DNA from: an uncultured delta proteobacterium
GTDB lineage: Bacteria > Myxococcota > B64-G9
Direction of reading: 5' to 3'
DNA: 64,000 nt
NCBI GenBank assembly: GCA_963754925.1
Contig: CAVWHX010000007.1
Location: forward strand, 160,001 to 224,000
Shown: one piece after another, positions 33,000 through 44,375 of the stretch
Numbering within the stretch: the first letter of the stretch is position 1
Layout: each line of letters begins with the position of its first letter
Notes under the pieces: model-generated
What the model was told of the DNA's origin: nothing
The model's input: only the letters and a program-made list of their open reading frames with translations
Databases searched by the model: none
Made by a program: the position numbers and the translations under genes

Positions 33000-35900
33000 T
33001 TACACTTCGTCGGGGCTAACCGACTGCGTTTGCGGTACCGCCTCCGGCTCCTGCACTTCTTCTTTATTATGATCGCGCGCGATGAGCAGGTAGATAGCCG
33101 GCACAAAAAACAGCGTGAAGGCGGTGCTGAGGGCCATGCCGGCCACCAACACAAGACCGATGCTATTGCGCGCCGAAGCACCCGGTCCGGTGACGAGCGT
33201 TAAGGGAAAGTGGCCGCAGACCGTGGCCACGCTCGTCATGAGCACCGGGCGCAGACGGGTGGTCGCGGCCTCTCGGATCGCGTCCAATTTGCTCTTGCCT
33301 TGCTCCTGCAGCTTGTTGGCAAACTCGACGATGAGGATGCCGTTTTTGGACACCAGCCCTACGAGCGTCACTAAACCGACCTGCGAGTAGATGTTGAGGG
33401 TGGTGGTCCAGCCGTTGGTCCAAAACGGGATATTGGGGTTTGGCATTTTCAGGAATGTCATCAAGAGCGCGCCGAACATGGCGAGCGGCACGGAGCCGGC
33501 CAGGATGACGAACGGGTCGCGGAAGCTGTTGAACTGCGCCGCAAGCACCAGGAAAATGAGGACGATGGCCAATAAGAAGGCCGGTAGGAATTTGTTGCCC
33601 TCGGTGCGCAGCTGGCGCGATTCACCGGTATAGCCGAGGGTGTATCCTTTTGGCAGGATATTGGCCGCCTCCCCCTCAAGGAAGCTCAGCGCCTGGTCCA
33701 GCGGTCGAATCGCCACGCCGCTTATCTTCACCGCGTTGAGTTGCTGAAAGCGGTTGAGCGAGCGCGGCACGACCGCATCCCTCAATGTGGCGATGGTGTT
33801 GAGCGCGATGAGCTGCCCGCTGGGTCCGGTCACGTACAGGTGCTCGAGTTGCTCGGGATTGAGGCGATTGGCGCGGACGATCTGCGGAATGACCTTGTAG
33901 CTCCTGCCGGCGATGCTGAAGCGATTGATATAGTTGCCGCCGACCGCTGCGGCCAGATCTTGGCCCACCGTTTGAAGGTTGAGGCCGAGTTGAGCGGCTT
34001 TATCGCGATCTATCACGATCTCTGATTGGGGCTGGTCGATCTTGGTGTCGATCTGCGGTGGAAACGCAAACATCCCGCTCAAGGTGGCTTTTTCCTGGAT
34101 CTTCCGCGCGAAATCAAGAATCTCCGTAGTCTCGGCGGTGGCGGCAATGATGAATTCCACCGGGAAGGTGCCGCCGCCGGGCAACGACGGAGGCAGAATG
34201 GCAAATGTCTGGATACCGGGTATTGCCGCTACTTTGGCTTGAATCTCCGGGAGAATCCGAGCCGCAGATCGCTTCCGTTCGTCCCAAGGTTTCAGGCCAT
34301 CGCCCCAGAACCCGCCGGTGGGATACGTGATTTGGAAGGTAAATTGAGTCTCCGGAATGGTCTGCATGTCCTCATTGACTACCTTGGTATACTGGGTGAC
34401 CTGTTCGATAGTCGAGTTCGAAGGCGTATTGAGGATGCCGAAAACCACCCCTTGATCTTCCGCTGGCGCCAGCTCCTTGGGCGCCTGGGTGAACATGAGC
34501 AGCGCGAGCACGCTTACCACAATCCAGGCCAGGTAAATGGTGCCGCGGTAACGAAGCGCGAAGTCGAGATGCTGCACATAGACGGCCTTGAGACGGTCAT
34601 AGGCGCGGTTGATGTATTTCGCCAAGCCTTTGTCCTCTTGACCTTTGCGGAGCAAAGCCGAGGACATGACCGGCGAAAGGGTCAGAGCCACCACGCCGGA
34701 GATGGTCACCGCGCCCGCCAGCGTCAGGGCGAATTCGCGAAAGAGCGAACCCGTGAGGCCGCCCTGGAAGGCGATCGGCGTGTACACCGCCGCCAAGGTG
34801 ATGGTCATAGCGATAATCGGTCCGATCAGCTCGCGCGCTCCTTTGATGGCCGCGTCGCGCGGGCGCATACCCTCGCGCAGGTGGCGCTCGATGTTTTCCA
34901 CCACGACTATGGCATCGTCGACCACCAACCCGACCGAAAGAACGATGGCGAGCAGCGTCAGCAGGTTGATGGTGAAGCCCAGTGCTTGAATGAGGAAAAC
35001 CCCGCCAATGAGGGAAACCGGGATGGCCACCACCGGCACCAACGCTGAACGAAAAGAACCAAGAAAGAGAAAGATTACTATCACCACGATGAAAAGCGTC
35101 TCTCCCAACGTCTCTTCGACATCCTGGATAGCGCTTTGGATGTAGATGGTGCTGTCGTAGGCCATGACCGCCTTGATCTGTTCGGGAATCTCCTTTTGCA
35201 GCGAGGCCAATTCGACGCGGACGCGCTTGATCACGTCGAGGGTGTTGGCGTTCGGTAGCGCCCAAACGCCGATAAACACCGCCGTCTCACCGTTGAAGTT
35301 GACCTGCGTGTCGTAGTCCTCGGCGCCCAACACCACGTCGGCCACATCGCGCAGGTGAACGGGGGCGCCGTCGTTCTCCCGAATCACCATGTTCCTGAAT
35401 TCCTCGACCGACCGCAGATCCGTGTTGGTAGTTAAGTTGACCTGAACGAGCGCTCCCTTGGTCTGGCCGACCGCTGCTTGATAATTGTTTCGCGCCAGCG
35501 CCTGTCGCAACTGGTCCGGGCTAATACTGAGCGCCGCCATTTTATCGGGTTTAAACCAAATGCGCATCGCAAACGTGCGCGCGCCGAGGATATCGGCGCG
35601 TTGAACGCCGTCGATAGCGGAAAGCCTGGGCTGAACCACCCGAACCAGGTAATCGGTAATTTCATTCTGTTTGAGAAATTTTGACGAGAAGCCCAGATAG
35701 GCCGCCGCAACCTGGCTGTCGGCGGATTCGATATTGATGATCGGGATCTCGGCCTCGGGCGGAAGATCACCGCGCACCTGGTTGACCTTTGAGCTTATTT
35801 CCGAGAGCGCCTTGGTGGCTTCGTAGTTGAGGCGCAGTCGAGCGCGGATGAGAGAGACGTTCTGACTGCTCTGCGATTCGATGTAGTCGATACCGTCGGC

Positions 35901-36119
35901 GGCGGCAATCACGCGCTCGAGCGGCGTGGTGATGAACCCGCGCACGAGATCCGCGCTCGCGCCGACGTAGGTGGTGGTGACGGTGATGGCGGCGTTTTCG
36001 CTGCGCGGATACTGGCGCACGTTCAATGAACGAACCGCTTGCACACCTGCGATTATGATAACCAGGTTGACGACGATTGCGATAACGGGGCGCCGGATGA
36101 AGAGGTCGGTGAATTTCAT
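33000..36119 (-). CDS. RND efflux permease (AcrB/MexW-like)
   Basis: MKFTDLFIRRPV, GLVVDDAIVVVEN, KNGILIVEFA, RLRPVLMTS. Confidence 0.92.
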   Translation of the reverse strand: MKFTDLFIRRPVIAIVVNLVIIIAGVQAVRSLNVRQYPRSENAAITVTTTYVGASADLVRGFITTPLERVIAAADGIDYIESQSSQNVSLIRARLRLNYEATKALSEISSKVNQVRGDLPPEAEIPIINIESADSQVAAAYLGFSSKFLKQNEITDYLVRVVQPRLSAIDGVQRADILGARTFAMRIWFKPDKMAALSISPDQLRQALARNNYQAAVGQTKGALVQVNLTTNTDLRSVEEFRNMVIRENDGAPVHLRDVADVVLGAEDYDTQVNFNGETAVFIGVWALPNANTLDVIKRVRVELASLQKEIPEQIKAVMAYDSTIYIQSAIQDVEETLGETLFIVVIVIFLFLGSFRSALVPVVAIPVSLIGGVFLIQALGFTINLLTLLAIVLSVGLVVDDAIVVVENIERHLREGMRPRDAAIKGARELIGPIIAMTITLAAVYTPIAFQGGLTGSLFREFALTLAGAVTISGVVALTLSPVMSSALLRKGQEDKGLAKYINRAYDRLKAVYVQHLDFALRYRGTIYLAWIVVSVLALLMFTQAPKELAPAEDQGVVFGILNTPSNSTIEQVTQYTKVVNEDMQTIPETQFTFQITYPTGGFWGDGLKPWDERKRSAARILPEIQAKVAAIPGIQTFAILPPSLPGGGTFPVEFIIAATAETTEILDFARKIQEKATLSGMFAFPPQIDTKIDQPQSEIVIDRDKAAQLGLNLQTVGQDLAAAVGGNYINRFSIAGRSYKVIPQIVRANRLNPEQLEHLYVTGPSGQLIALNTIATLRDAVVPRSLNRFQQLNAVKISGVAIRPLDQALSFLEGEAANILPKGYTLGYTGESRQLRTEGNKFLPAFLLAIVLIFLVLAAQFNSFRDPFVILAGSVPLAMFGALLMTFLKMPNPNIPFWTNGWTTTLNIYSQVGLVTLVGLVSKNGILIVEFANKLQEQGKSKLDAIREAATTRLRPVLMTSVATVCGHFPLTLVTGPGASARNSIGLVLVAGMALSTAFTLFFVPAIYLLIARDHNKEEVQEPEAVPQTQSVSPDEV

Positions 36120-36141
36120 GGGCAATCCCCTTGTTAAGCGC

Positions 36142-37280
36142 TCACTGCTCCGCCGGCCGCGGTGAAATCTCGCCGGGGGTGCAAGGTCGTTTTTCGCCAC
36201 TACTGCCGCGCCGTTACGTAGCTTAAAAGCACCGCTCGAAACGACGGTTTCACCAACCTGCAGGCCCGAGGTAACAGCGACGAAATCGCCCCGTTGCTCG
36301 CCGAGTCGCACAAATTTCTGCTGTGCCACTTTTATCGAGGTGCCATCGGCAGCTTTCTTCTGCTCTACGGCGAACACCGAATCTCCAAACGGGGCGTAAA
36401 TGACTGCGGTGATGGGTATGAGCAACACCGGATGATTATGCCCCAGCAGCACCTCAACGGTGCCGAACATACCAGGGCGAAGGCGGCCATCGGGGTTGGG
36501 GAAGGTGGCGCGCACGCGCACATTGCGCGTGCTTACATCGACTTCGGAGTTGATCGTTGAGATCTCGCCATCCCAGCTGGCATCCGGGAAGCTGTCGGTA
36601 TGCAACAGCACCTTCATCCCAAGCTTCAAATTAGCTAATGTTTGCTGAGGCAGTGGGAATTCGGCGTAGATGAAATGCTCCGACTGGAGCGTGACAATAG
36701 GCGTCCCGGGCGAAAGCACCTGGCCGAGATCCACCTGCCGAATGCCGAGCTTGCCGTCAAACGGGGCGCGGATAGTTTTTTTAGCGATGGTGGCCTGCAG
36801 GATCGCCACTTGGGCATTGGCTTGCTTGGCGCGCGCTTCGGCCGCTTCCAGGTCGGCGACGGTGTTATTGCCGCCCTCGCGTAATTTGCGCGCCCTCTCA
36901 AGCGTTTGATTAGCAAGCGCTGCGTCTGCGAGCGCCGATTGAAGCTGTCCTTCCTCCACAGAAGTATCGAGCTTGAGCAGCTTCTCGCCGCTCTTTACGG
37001 AGTCTCCGGAGTCGAATCCGAGGTATCGCACGGTCCCGGTTACTTCCGAAGCCAGGGTGACGCCATGCACCGCAACGAGCGATCCAATAGCTGGTTGCAT
37101 TGCTTCCCATTCGGCAGACTCAACCGCGGCTGTGGTTACCGATTCAGGTGGCGGCACGAACGATTTACCGGCTTTGATCATCGCTCCGATCTGCAGGGCT
37201 TTGACACCGGCCAATGCGCCGGTCATTACAATCAGCCCGACGATGACTGAAACCCAGAGCTTCCAATTGGTTTTTTTCAT
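36142..37280 (-). CDS. RND periplasmic adaptor (MFP); apparent fusion to the permease is due to a frameshift
   Basis: N-terminal TM, IRAPFDG, LRPGMF; natural end ...EISPRPAEQ-TGA (36142) in the shifted frame. Confidence 0.85.
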
Positions 37281-37581
37281 AACTATGCTCCTTGAATCGT
37301 TATGATCTCCGAATAGATTTTTTATCGTTACCGCTCCCTCTTCAATTTTCATAAAACGTTCCCGATTCAGGATAACTAATATCTGCAAATATCATACCTT
37401 ATTGCTACTAGAACGAACTCATTGCAAATAAAGCGATTAAGGAGCATTTGAACCCAGCGCAAAATGAGCTGGCGCACAAAATGGATGGCCAGTAGTGAAC
37501 ACTTTGCTCTGAGAATCTCTTTCAATTCGCCCAGTTTTTTGTGAGAAATTCGGTAGTGGATCAGTTTGCAGCTTTGCAGTA

Positions 37582-37766
37582 TTGTCATTTCGAGCGTTAG
37601 AGACTGTTAGCGAGGGAAGCGAGCGTTACAGTCTCTTATCCCTTTAGGGACAGCGAGAAATCTAAACCACTAATGAGATCGTATTTAGATATCTCCCTTT
37701 CCCTAAAGGGATAAGAGTTTGTAAGCTCACTTTGTTCGCAACAATCTCTAACGGTCGATATGACAA
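37582..37766. repeat. Composite palindromic repeat (GTCATTTCGAGCG...AGCGAGAAATCT / AGATATCTCC...GGTCGATATGAC) with nested inserts, copy 1
   Basis: Inverted arms; near-identical left arm at 40664-40745. Confidence 0.75.
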
Positions 37767-37917
37767 CGTACTCGTTTATGAGTCGGTTTTACGTGTCGTT
37801 CGATGAATACCCGTAAGCCTCAAACTGGCCCACTGCTAAAAATTTGGACATGTTGACTTGATTCGAAGATTATAATGGGTTGAAAAGGTTTTTAGATTAA
37901 GTTAACGGGATTGATAC

Positions 37918-38853
37918 ATGAGAGAATCGCTGCACGGAAGGCATTTGGTGTCGCTGAGCGATCTAAGCGCTGAAGAAATTTTTCATATTCTTGAAGTAGC
38001 CGATGATCTTAAGCGCAAGCATTACAGAAACGAGGTTTACCGTCCGCTCGTTGGCAAGACCCTGGCGATGATCTTTCAAAAACCATCGCTGCGTACCCGG
38101 GTGTCGTTCGAAGCGGGAATGAACCGCTACGGCGGCCACGCCGTCTACCTTGGCCCGGAAGACATCCAGCTCGGCCAACGCGAGTCCACGGCGGATATAG
38201 CGCGCACGCTCTCACGCTACGTCGATGCGATTATGGCGCGGACGTTCGGCCATGATATTGTCGTTGAGCTCGCCCGCTACGCCAGCGTCCCAGTGATAAA
38301 CGGTCTTACCGACTTTGAGCATCCGTGCCAGATTCTCGCGGATCTCATGACGGTACGCGAAAAGAAAGGCACTCTGACAGGCCTGAAGATGGCATTTTTG
38401 GGCGACGGTAACAACGTTGCCCACAGTTTGCTTCAGGGCTGCGCCAAGGTGGGCATGCATCTGACTCTCGCCGTCGCAAAAGGTTACGAACCCAATAAAC
38501 GCCTGCTTGCCGAGGCCCGCAAGGATGCCAAGGACACAGGAGCCATTCTCAAAGTGACGCATCAGCTTGATGAGGCCCTCGAGGATGCAGACGTCGTTTA
38601 CACAGATGTTTGGGTAAGTATGGGACAAGAGGCTAAAAAAACAAAAAAGATAAAAACAATGAGGCCTTACCAACTAAATGTTAAAGCACTATCTAAGGCA
38701 AAATCAGATGCGATTGTCCTGCATTGCCTACCCGCCCATCGCAATGAAGAGATTACGGACGAAGTAATCGAGGGATCGCACTCGGTGGTGTTCGACCAGG
38801 CTGAAAACCGTCTCCACGCTCAAATGGCGGTCCTGGTGCAGGTAATCTCTTAA
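37918..38853 (+). CDS. argF: Ornithine carbamoyltransferase
   Basis: SLRTR, HPCQ, DGNNV, DVWVSMG, HCLP, AENR. Confidence 0.95.
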   Translation: MRESLHGRHLVSLSDLSAEEIFHILEVADDLKRKHYRNEVYRPLVGKTLAMIFQKPSLRTRVSFEAGMNRYGGHAVYLGPEDIQLGQRESTADIARTLSRYVDAIMARTFGHDIVVELARYASVPVINGLTDFEHPCQILADLMTVREKKGTLTGLKMAFLGDGNNVAHSLLQGCAKVGMHLTLAVAKGYEPNKRLLAEARKDAKDTGAILKVTHQLDEALEDADVVYTDVWVSMGQEAKKTKKIKTMRPYQLNVKALSKAKSDAIVLHCLPAHRNEEITDEVIEGSHSVVFDQAENRLHAQMAVLVQVIS

Positions 38854-38935
38854 GCTAATCAAAACGAGCGGGTTTTCTCGTCACGAATTTCCCAACGAGT
38901 ATAACAGCAGTTAGAGAGCGGCATGAAAGTGCGCG

Positions 38936-39574
38936 TTACGCGCCGAAGGTCAAACCGAAACGAATTTGAATCGTAATAAGCCAGGCCTTGAAATCAGAAT
39001 TGAAACCAAATGCTCCAAAAGTTCCTTTGATGTACGGGACAAACGACGGACCAACTGAAGCGAAGAAGCCCATCTTGAATTCACCAGCGCCGAATGCAAA
39101 GACATCCATATGGAACCGCGGTGAGATCTCAAAACCATCATACGTATCATTGGTCTTGTCGACTGATAGGGCATAGTAGCCAAAGTCACCAACAAGGCCC
39201 AGCCAGATGCGATCGCTGACCATGCCGCCAGCCTTGACTGAGGCCCCGACTCCGAAGTGCTCGACATCGGTTGTACCGACTTTTTCAATCTCGCCGGTGC
39301 CTTTGACGTAGTTGAAGTATGCACCAAGGTGCACGTTCTTGTTGAGGATCCAGTATCCAGACAGATGAATACCGCCAGCGAATTTCGAGGTGAGGTCTAA
39401 ATTGTCATTTACATTATCAAAGGAAATAGAACCCCACACCCTTGGGGGGCACAGGATTCCGCCGATTTGGCCATAGCCCCAGCTTGGCTGATGCTGTTCA
39501 GCCTTTGCCACTCCAGAAGCATAAAACAACCATCCAGCCAGTGCGAGCACCACGGTGGCTTTTAATTCTCTCAT
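38936..39574 (-). CDS. Exported, probable outer-membrane beta-barrel protein
   Basis: Signal peptide ending AKA; alternating aromatic/Gly strands; C-terminal FGLTFGA. Confidence 0.55.
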   Translation of the reverse strand: MRELKATVVLALAGWLFYASGVAKAEQHQPSWGYGQIGGILCPPRVWGSISFDNVNDNLDLTSKFAGGIHLSGYWILNKNVHLGAYFNYVKGTGEIEKVGTTDVEHFGVGASVKAGGMVSDRIWLGLVGDFGYYALSVDKTNDTYDGFEISPRFHMDVFAFGAGEFKMGFFASVGPSFVPYIKGTFGAFGFNSDFKAWLITIQIRFGLTFGA

Positions 39575-39700
39575 ACTATTCCTTTTAAGGTTTCCAGATG
39601 AATGAAGTTAATACAAATAATGCTTTCATTATCTTGATTATTCTCTTAGATTTGATGGCTAAATTAGGCTATAGTGGATAACACTGTCAAGACCTAGTTG

Positions 39701-40590
39701 CTAGGATTGTACCCACCCATTTTCAAGTCCGACCCGATGTAGAATCTCAACCGCATGTTCAAACTCGTCCGAGGTCAATTGGCGATCGAGGGGCGGGATG
39801 CCCGGCGCTCGGTTTGCCGGAAAATACTGACGCATAAGACTAACGTAGGTTTGTACCCCAAGGTCCTCGGCGATAAAAGTCAACGCCTTTTCAGTACCCG
39901 AGAGATCTCCTGGCAACACCAGGTGCCGGATCAGCATCCCTCGTGTTGCAACCCCCTCATAGTCAAGCTCGAGATGCCCAACTTGCCGGAGCATCTCTTT
40001 AATGCCGCTTTTGCGACCTCCCAATAGTTATCGGCGTTCGAGCAGCGCTGGGCTGCATCATTCGAGGAAGACTTTAAGTCAGGCATGTAAATATCTATAA
40101 TTCCATCGAGAAGCTGTAGAGCTTCTATGCCGTCGTATCCACTCGAGTTATACACAATCGGAACTTTCAGGCCTGCCGCTATGGCAACCGCAAGCGCTTC
40201 TAAAAATAACCAGGTCATATGACTGGGGGTGACCAAATTGATGTTGTGGGCGCCGCGTTGCTGGAGGCTGAGCATCGCTTCGGCCAACTCCGCGGTTGAA
40301 ACCGGTCGACCGTGCCGCATCTGGCTAATGGGATAGTTTTGACAGAAGACGCAACACAGGTTGCAGCCGGAGAAAAAGATGGTCCCTGAACCCCGGAAGT
40401 CCGAGATCGGCGGTTCCTCTCCGTGGTGGAGGTTGGCAGAGGAAAGCAAGGCGCGATTCCCGACCCCGCAGAAGCCGATTTCTCCTTCGACGCGATTGAC
40501 CAAGCAATGCCGCGGACAGAGGCAACAACTAACCGACAACGCGCGAGCTTTTTCAATCCGCTGCCTCAGTTCGCCAGATGACATTTTCAT
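39701..40590 (-). CDS. Radical SAM protein (PflX-like), frameshift near 40010
   Basis: GSGTIFFSGCNLCCVFCQN, IDIYMPD; continues IRHLVLPG...QYFP in the second ORF. Confidence 0.85.
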
Positions 40591-40663
40591 GTAAACTGAT
40601 CATTATTCACGTTTCATCCTATCAATTGTTGGGTCTTTCGCAATGGCTTTACACCATAGTCAC

Positions 40664-40797
40664 TTGTCATTCGAGCGTGAGAGACTGTTAGCGAGGGAAG
40701 CGAGCGTTACAGTCTCTTATCCCTTTAGGGGTAGCGAGAAATCTCAACATTTAACTATAGGTAGCTTAGAGATATCTCCCTTCGGTCGATTTGACAA
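40664..40797. repeat. Composite palindromic repeat, copy 2
   Basis: Same arms as 37582-37766, insert in the left arm only. Confidence 0.75.
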
Positions 40798-40915
40798 CAC
40801 GTTATCGTAACACTACACTATTTGCTTCAGCCTGGTGTTGGTCATAAGAGACACGCCACCGCCGCGTGGCCGCGAGCGGTTAGTGCCTGGGATTGTACTC
40901 CGGTTTGAAGAAATT

Positions 40916-43621
40916 CTATGACTTATTGCCGCGTTCTTCGTCGGGAATGGCTTCGAGGTAGTTGATTTTTTTTGCCGGACCGACGATCTGAAGGCGCTGT
41001 TCGATCTCTTCGGCTTTTCCGACCACAATCACGCTGAGATCCCGCGGCCTGAGATGGCGCTTGAGGGCGGCATTTACTTCATCGAGGGTCGGCGCAACCA
41101 CACGCTGACGGTAGCGGCGCACCCAATCCTCGGGCAACCCATAGAAATCGGCCATCAGGAGTTCCTGCGCTATGCCCTCGGGCGGTTGCAATCGCAACGC
41201 ATACGAGCCCGCAAGGTTGTTTTTCGCGGCCACCAGCTCCTCAGCATTAATACCGTCGCGCCGCACGGATTCAATCTCGGCAAGCAACATTTCCAAGGTA
41301 GCGGCGGTTTCGGAGGAACGCGTAAATGTCTGTGCGACAAACAATCCACGATTACGTCCAGCTACAAAGGACGATCCAACGCCATACGTCTTGCCACCCT
41401 TAGAGCGCAGGTTCTTCATCAAGCGCGACGAGAAACCTCCCCCACCCAAAGCGTAGTTGCCCAGGATCAAAGGCAGAAAATCCGGATCGGTGCGATGAAT
41501 TCCGACGTGCCCGACCACCAACGTTGCCTGGGTCAGATCGGGTTTATCAATCAACCGAATCGACAGACCCCGACGAGCGACCGGATCCGTCGGCAACTCC
41601 GGCACGTCCGCGGTTGCGCCCCACGTTGAAAAGGCTCCGTCAACCAGATCGATAATCTCATGGTGCGTTATGTCTCCTGCAACCGACAACAGCGCGCCCT
41701 GCGGTTGAAAGGTCTGCCGATACACCTGGGCCAGATCTTCGGCCGAAACTCTTTGCGCGGTTTCAAGGCTTGCCGGCCGACCGCGGGGATCCTGATAGCC
41801 ATACACCACATATCGCAAGTGCTCGACAGCCAGCGAATACGGCTGATCGCGCTTCATACGTATCCCACCCTCCACTTGCGGGCGCGCCTTCTCAAGCTCC
41901 TCAGCCGGAAATGTTGGATGAAGAGCCACATCCGAAAAAAGCTCAAACCCCTTGGCCAATCACGTTTTAAAAAACGACCCTGAATCCTGATATACTCATC
42001 GTCTTTCCAGGCCGCGAGATTACCTCCCAACCTGTCCACTTCGGCGGCGATTTGATCCGCCGTTTTTGTCTGCGTGCCTTGGGTGAGCATCTCAGTCAGT
42101 AACAACGTCAGGCCGGCTTTCCCGGGTGGAACAGCCACCTCCCCGCCGGTCACGATGAGATTGAAATAGACCACCGGTTGTTCGTGCCGCTCGACGACCT
42201 GGAGCTTGAGGCCAGATGAAAGCACCGCCGCATCGACCCGCGGCAATTCAATCGGCGCGCCGCTCGGCGATCCTGGCCGAAGCAATCGCTCGGCGGTCGA
42301 CCAAGAGGCGGTTTCCTCGTTCAGCCTCTTCCACCCGGGTGGCTGCGTCTTTCTTAATGTCTTCGTCGGGTTCCGGAGAAAGAAGCAACGCGGTGGTCAA
42401 TCGGTTCCTATTGAGGTACTGCGCGGTCACCCGCCGGACGTCCTGCGGACTAACCTGCTGATACTGATCCGCCCCTTCGAGGAAATGACGGTAGCTCTTT
42501 TCGATACATTCGGCCGAACCGATTTCAAATCCCTGTTGCTCAATTGAAGTCAATTTGAAAATATACTCGGAAAGCAGCTGTGCCTTCACCTTCTCGATCT
42601 CGTCGTTGTGAAGTTCTTCCCCAGACAAACGTTCTATCTCGACTAACAACGCGGCCTCAACCTGTTCGGGACTTTTATCCGGCGTAAAACCCGCCAAAAC
42701 CACGAACAAACCTGGATCAAGCTGTTTGGAGTTCCACGCTCCGGCAAAAATCGCAAGCTGCTGCTGCCGAACCAGAACCTGGTGCAATCGCGAGCTCTTG
42801 CCGCTGCACAGAAGGTTGCTTACCACTTCCAACACCTTGGAATCTTGGTGGGCCGCCTCGGGAATCTTATAGCCGCCGATCAAAAACGGCAACTGGGTCG
42901 GAAAACGCAAAACTTCGTGGCGGTATTCGGTTTGGATCGGCTCGACCACTTCGACCGCCGGCGGATCGGGCTTACGCTGCATCGATCCGAAGTGTCGCTG
43001 TGCGAGCCTCTGTACCTCCTCGGCGGTCGTGTCGCCAACAACAATTAACACCGCGTTGTTTGGAATATAATAGGTTCGATAAAACGCCTGCACATCTGAC
43101 AGCGTGATCAGATCGAGATCGGCCAGGGTGCCGCCCGGGGTCCAGTTGTACGGATGAACCTTGAATGCCACCGAGCGAAATCGATCCAGCAAGGCGCCGA
43201 CGGGATTGTTCTGCTGCGAACGGCGGATCTCCTCTTTGACCACCTCGCGTTCCTTGAAAAAGTGCGTCGGGTCGAGCCGCGCGTTCTGCATGCGCTCGGC
43301 CTCAAGCTCAAGCGCCAATGAGAGCCAATCGGACGGAACCGTATCGAAGTAGGCGGTGACGTCCTCGGAGGTGAACGCATTCTCCCGCCCGCCGATCGAA
43401 TCGATGATCCGAGCATGCTCCTCGGGCCCGACGTTTTTCGAGCCCTTGAACATCATGTGTTCGAGCAAGTGGGCCAACCCGCGAATGCCGATGTGCTCGT
43501 TGCGGCTGCCCACGCGGTACCACACCTGCACCGTCACCACCGGGGCGCTGTGGTCTTCGAGCATCAACAGCAGAAGCCCGTTTGAAAGCGTTTGTTCCTG
43601 AATGTTGACCGTGCTCGTCAC
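40916..43621 (-). CDS. M16 zinc protease (HxxEH half plus glycine-loop half); probably one gene with frameshifts at ~42325 and ~41960, possibly two genes
   Basis: GLAHLLEHMMFKG...NAFT; second half LGGGGFSSRL...R...G.TY. Confidence 0.8.
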
Positions 43622-43679
43622 AAAAACCTCCTCACTCCCTAACGCAATCTAACCACGAAAATATTGCCAAGCAAGGCGC

Positions 43680-44162
43680 TTACAGCTTGTATCCGAGTTT
43701 CCGTACCAACACCTTACGCTTCTTGGCGTCCTCCTCACTTTCAACACCCTTGGGTGAGCCTCCGTCGATGACGCCGAGAATACCGCGGCCCTGATCGGAC
43801 TGTGCAACGATTACTTCGACCGGGTTGGCGGTCGCGCAGAATATCGAGCACACCTCCGGAACCTCCTTGATGCGCCCCAGCACATTGATCGGAAAAGCCT
43901 GCCGCATCATTATGACAAAGGAGTGGCCGGCGCCGACGGCGAGCGCGTTTTCGGCCGCCACCTTTTTGAGATCGTCGTCGTTACCTTCGACCCGCACCAT
44001 GAACTGAGTCGACGCTTCGTTGAAAGCCACCGCGAATTTAGCGCCCGGTACGGTATTGACCATCGCCTCATAGAGGTCTTCAACGGTTTTGACGAAATGA
44101 CTCTGGCCAAGGATAATGTTTGTGCCGGCCGGAATTTCCAATTTGATGAGCTTGAGTTCCAT
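43680..44162 (-). CDS. Adenosine-specific kinase family (DUF355)
   Basis: GQSHFVKTVEDL, AFNEAS, CATANP, GRGILGVIDG. Confidence 0.85.
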   Translation of the reverse strand: MELKLIKLEIPAGTNIILGQSHFVKTVEDLYEAMVNTVPGAKFAVAFNEASTQFMVRVEGNDDDLKKVAAENALAVGAGHSFVIMMRQAFPINVLGRIKEVPEVCSIFCATANPVEVIVAQSDQGRGILGVIDGGSPKGVESEEDAKKRKVLVRKLGYKL

Positions 44163-44225
44163 ACCAGACCTCCTACGACAAATAAGAAATTGTTACGATT
44201 CGTGACCCTTCACTCTAAATCACGC

Positions 44226-44310
44226 GCTGGGTCCTGACGCCTCGCATCCCCCGGCGGTGCTCGCTTTCGCTCCGCGCCGGCGGGGGGCCCCCTGCTCGGC
44301 ATCACCCAGC
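44226..44310. repeat. GC-rich intergenic palindrome
   Basis: GCTGGGT...ACCCAGC enclosing CCCCCGGCG...CGCCGGCGGGG. Confidence 0.5.
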
Positions 44311-44375
44311 CCGTGGCAATGCTACTATCCAAAACTGAATTACCATTACCGTTCCTCGCTCATGAATGTGAGTCG

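Noticed and set aside
33000..37388. 1462-aa MFP-RND fusion protein
   Set aside because: A one-base shift near 36170 bypasses the natural MFP stop (...PRPAEQ-TGA), and the permease has its own ATG at 36119; probably an artefact.
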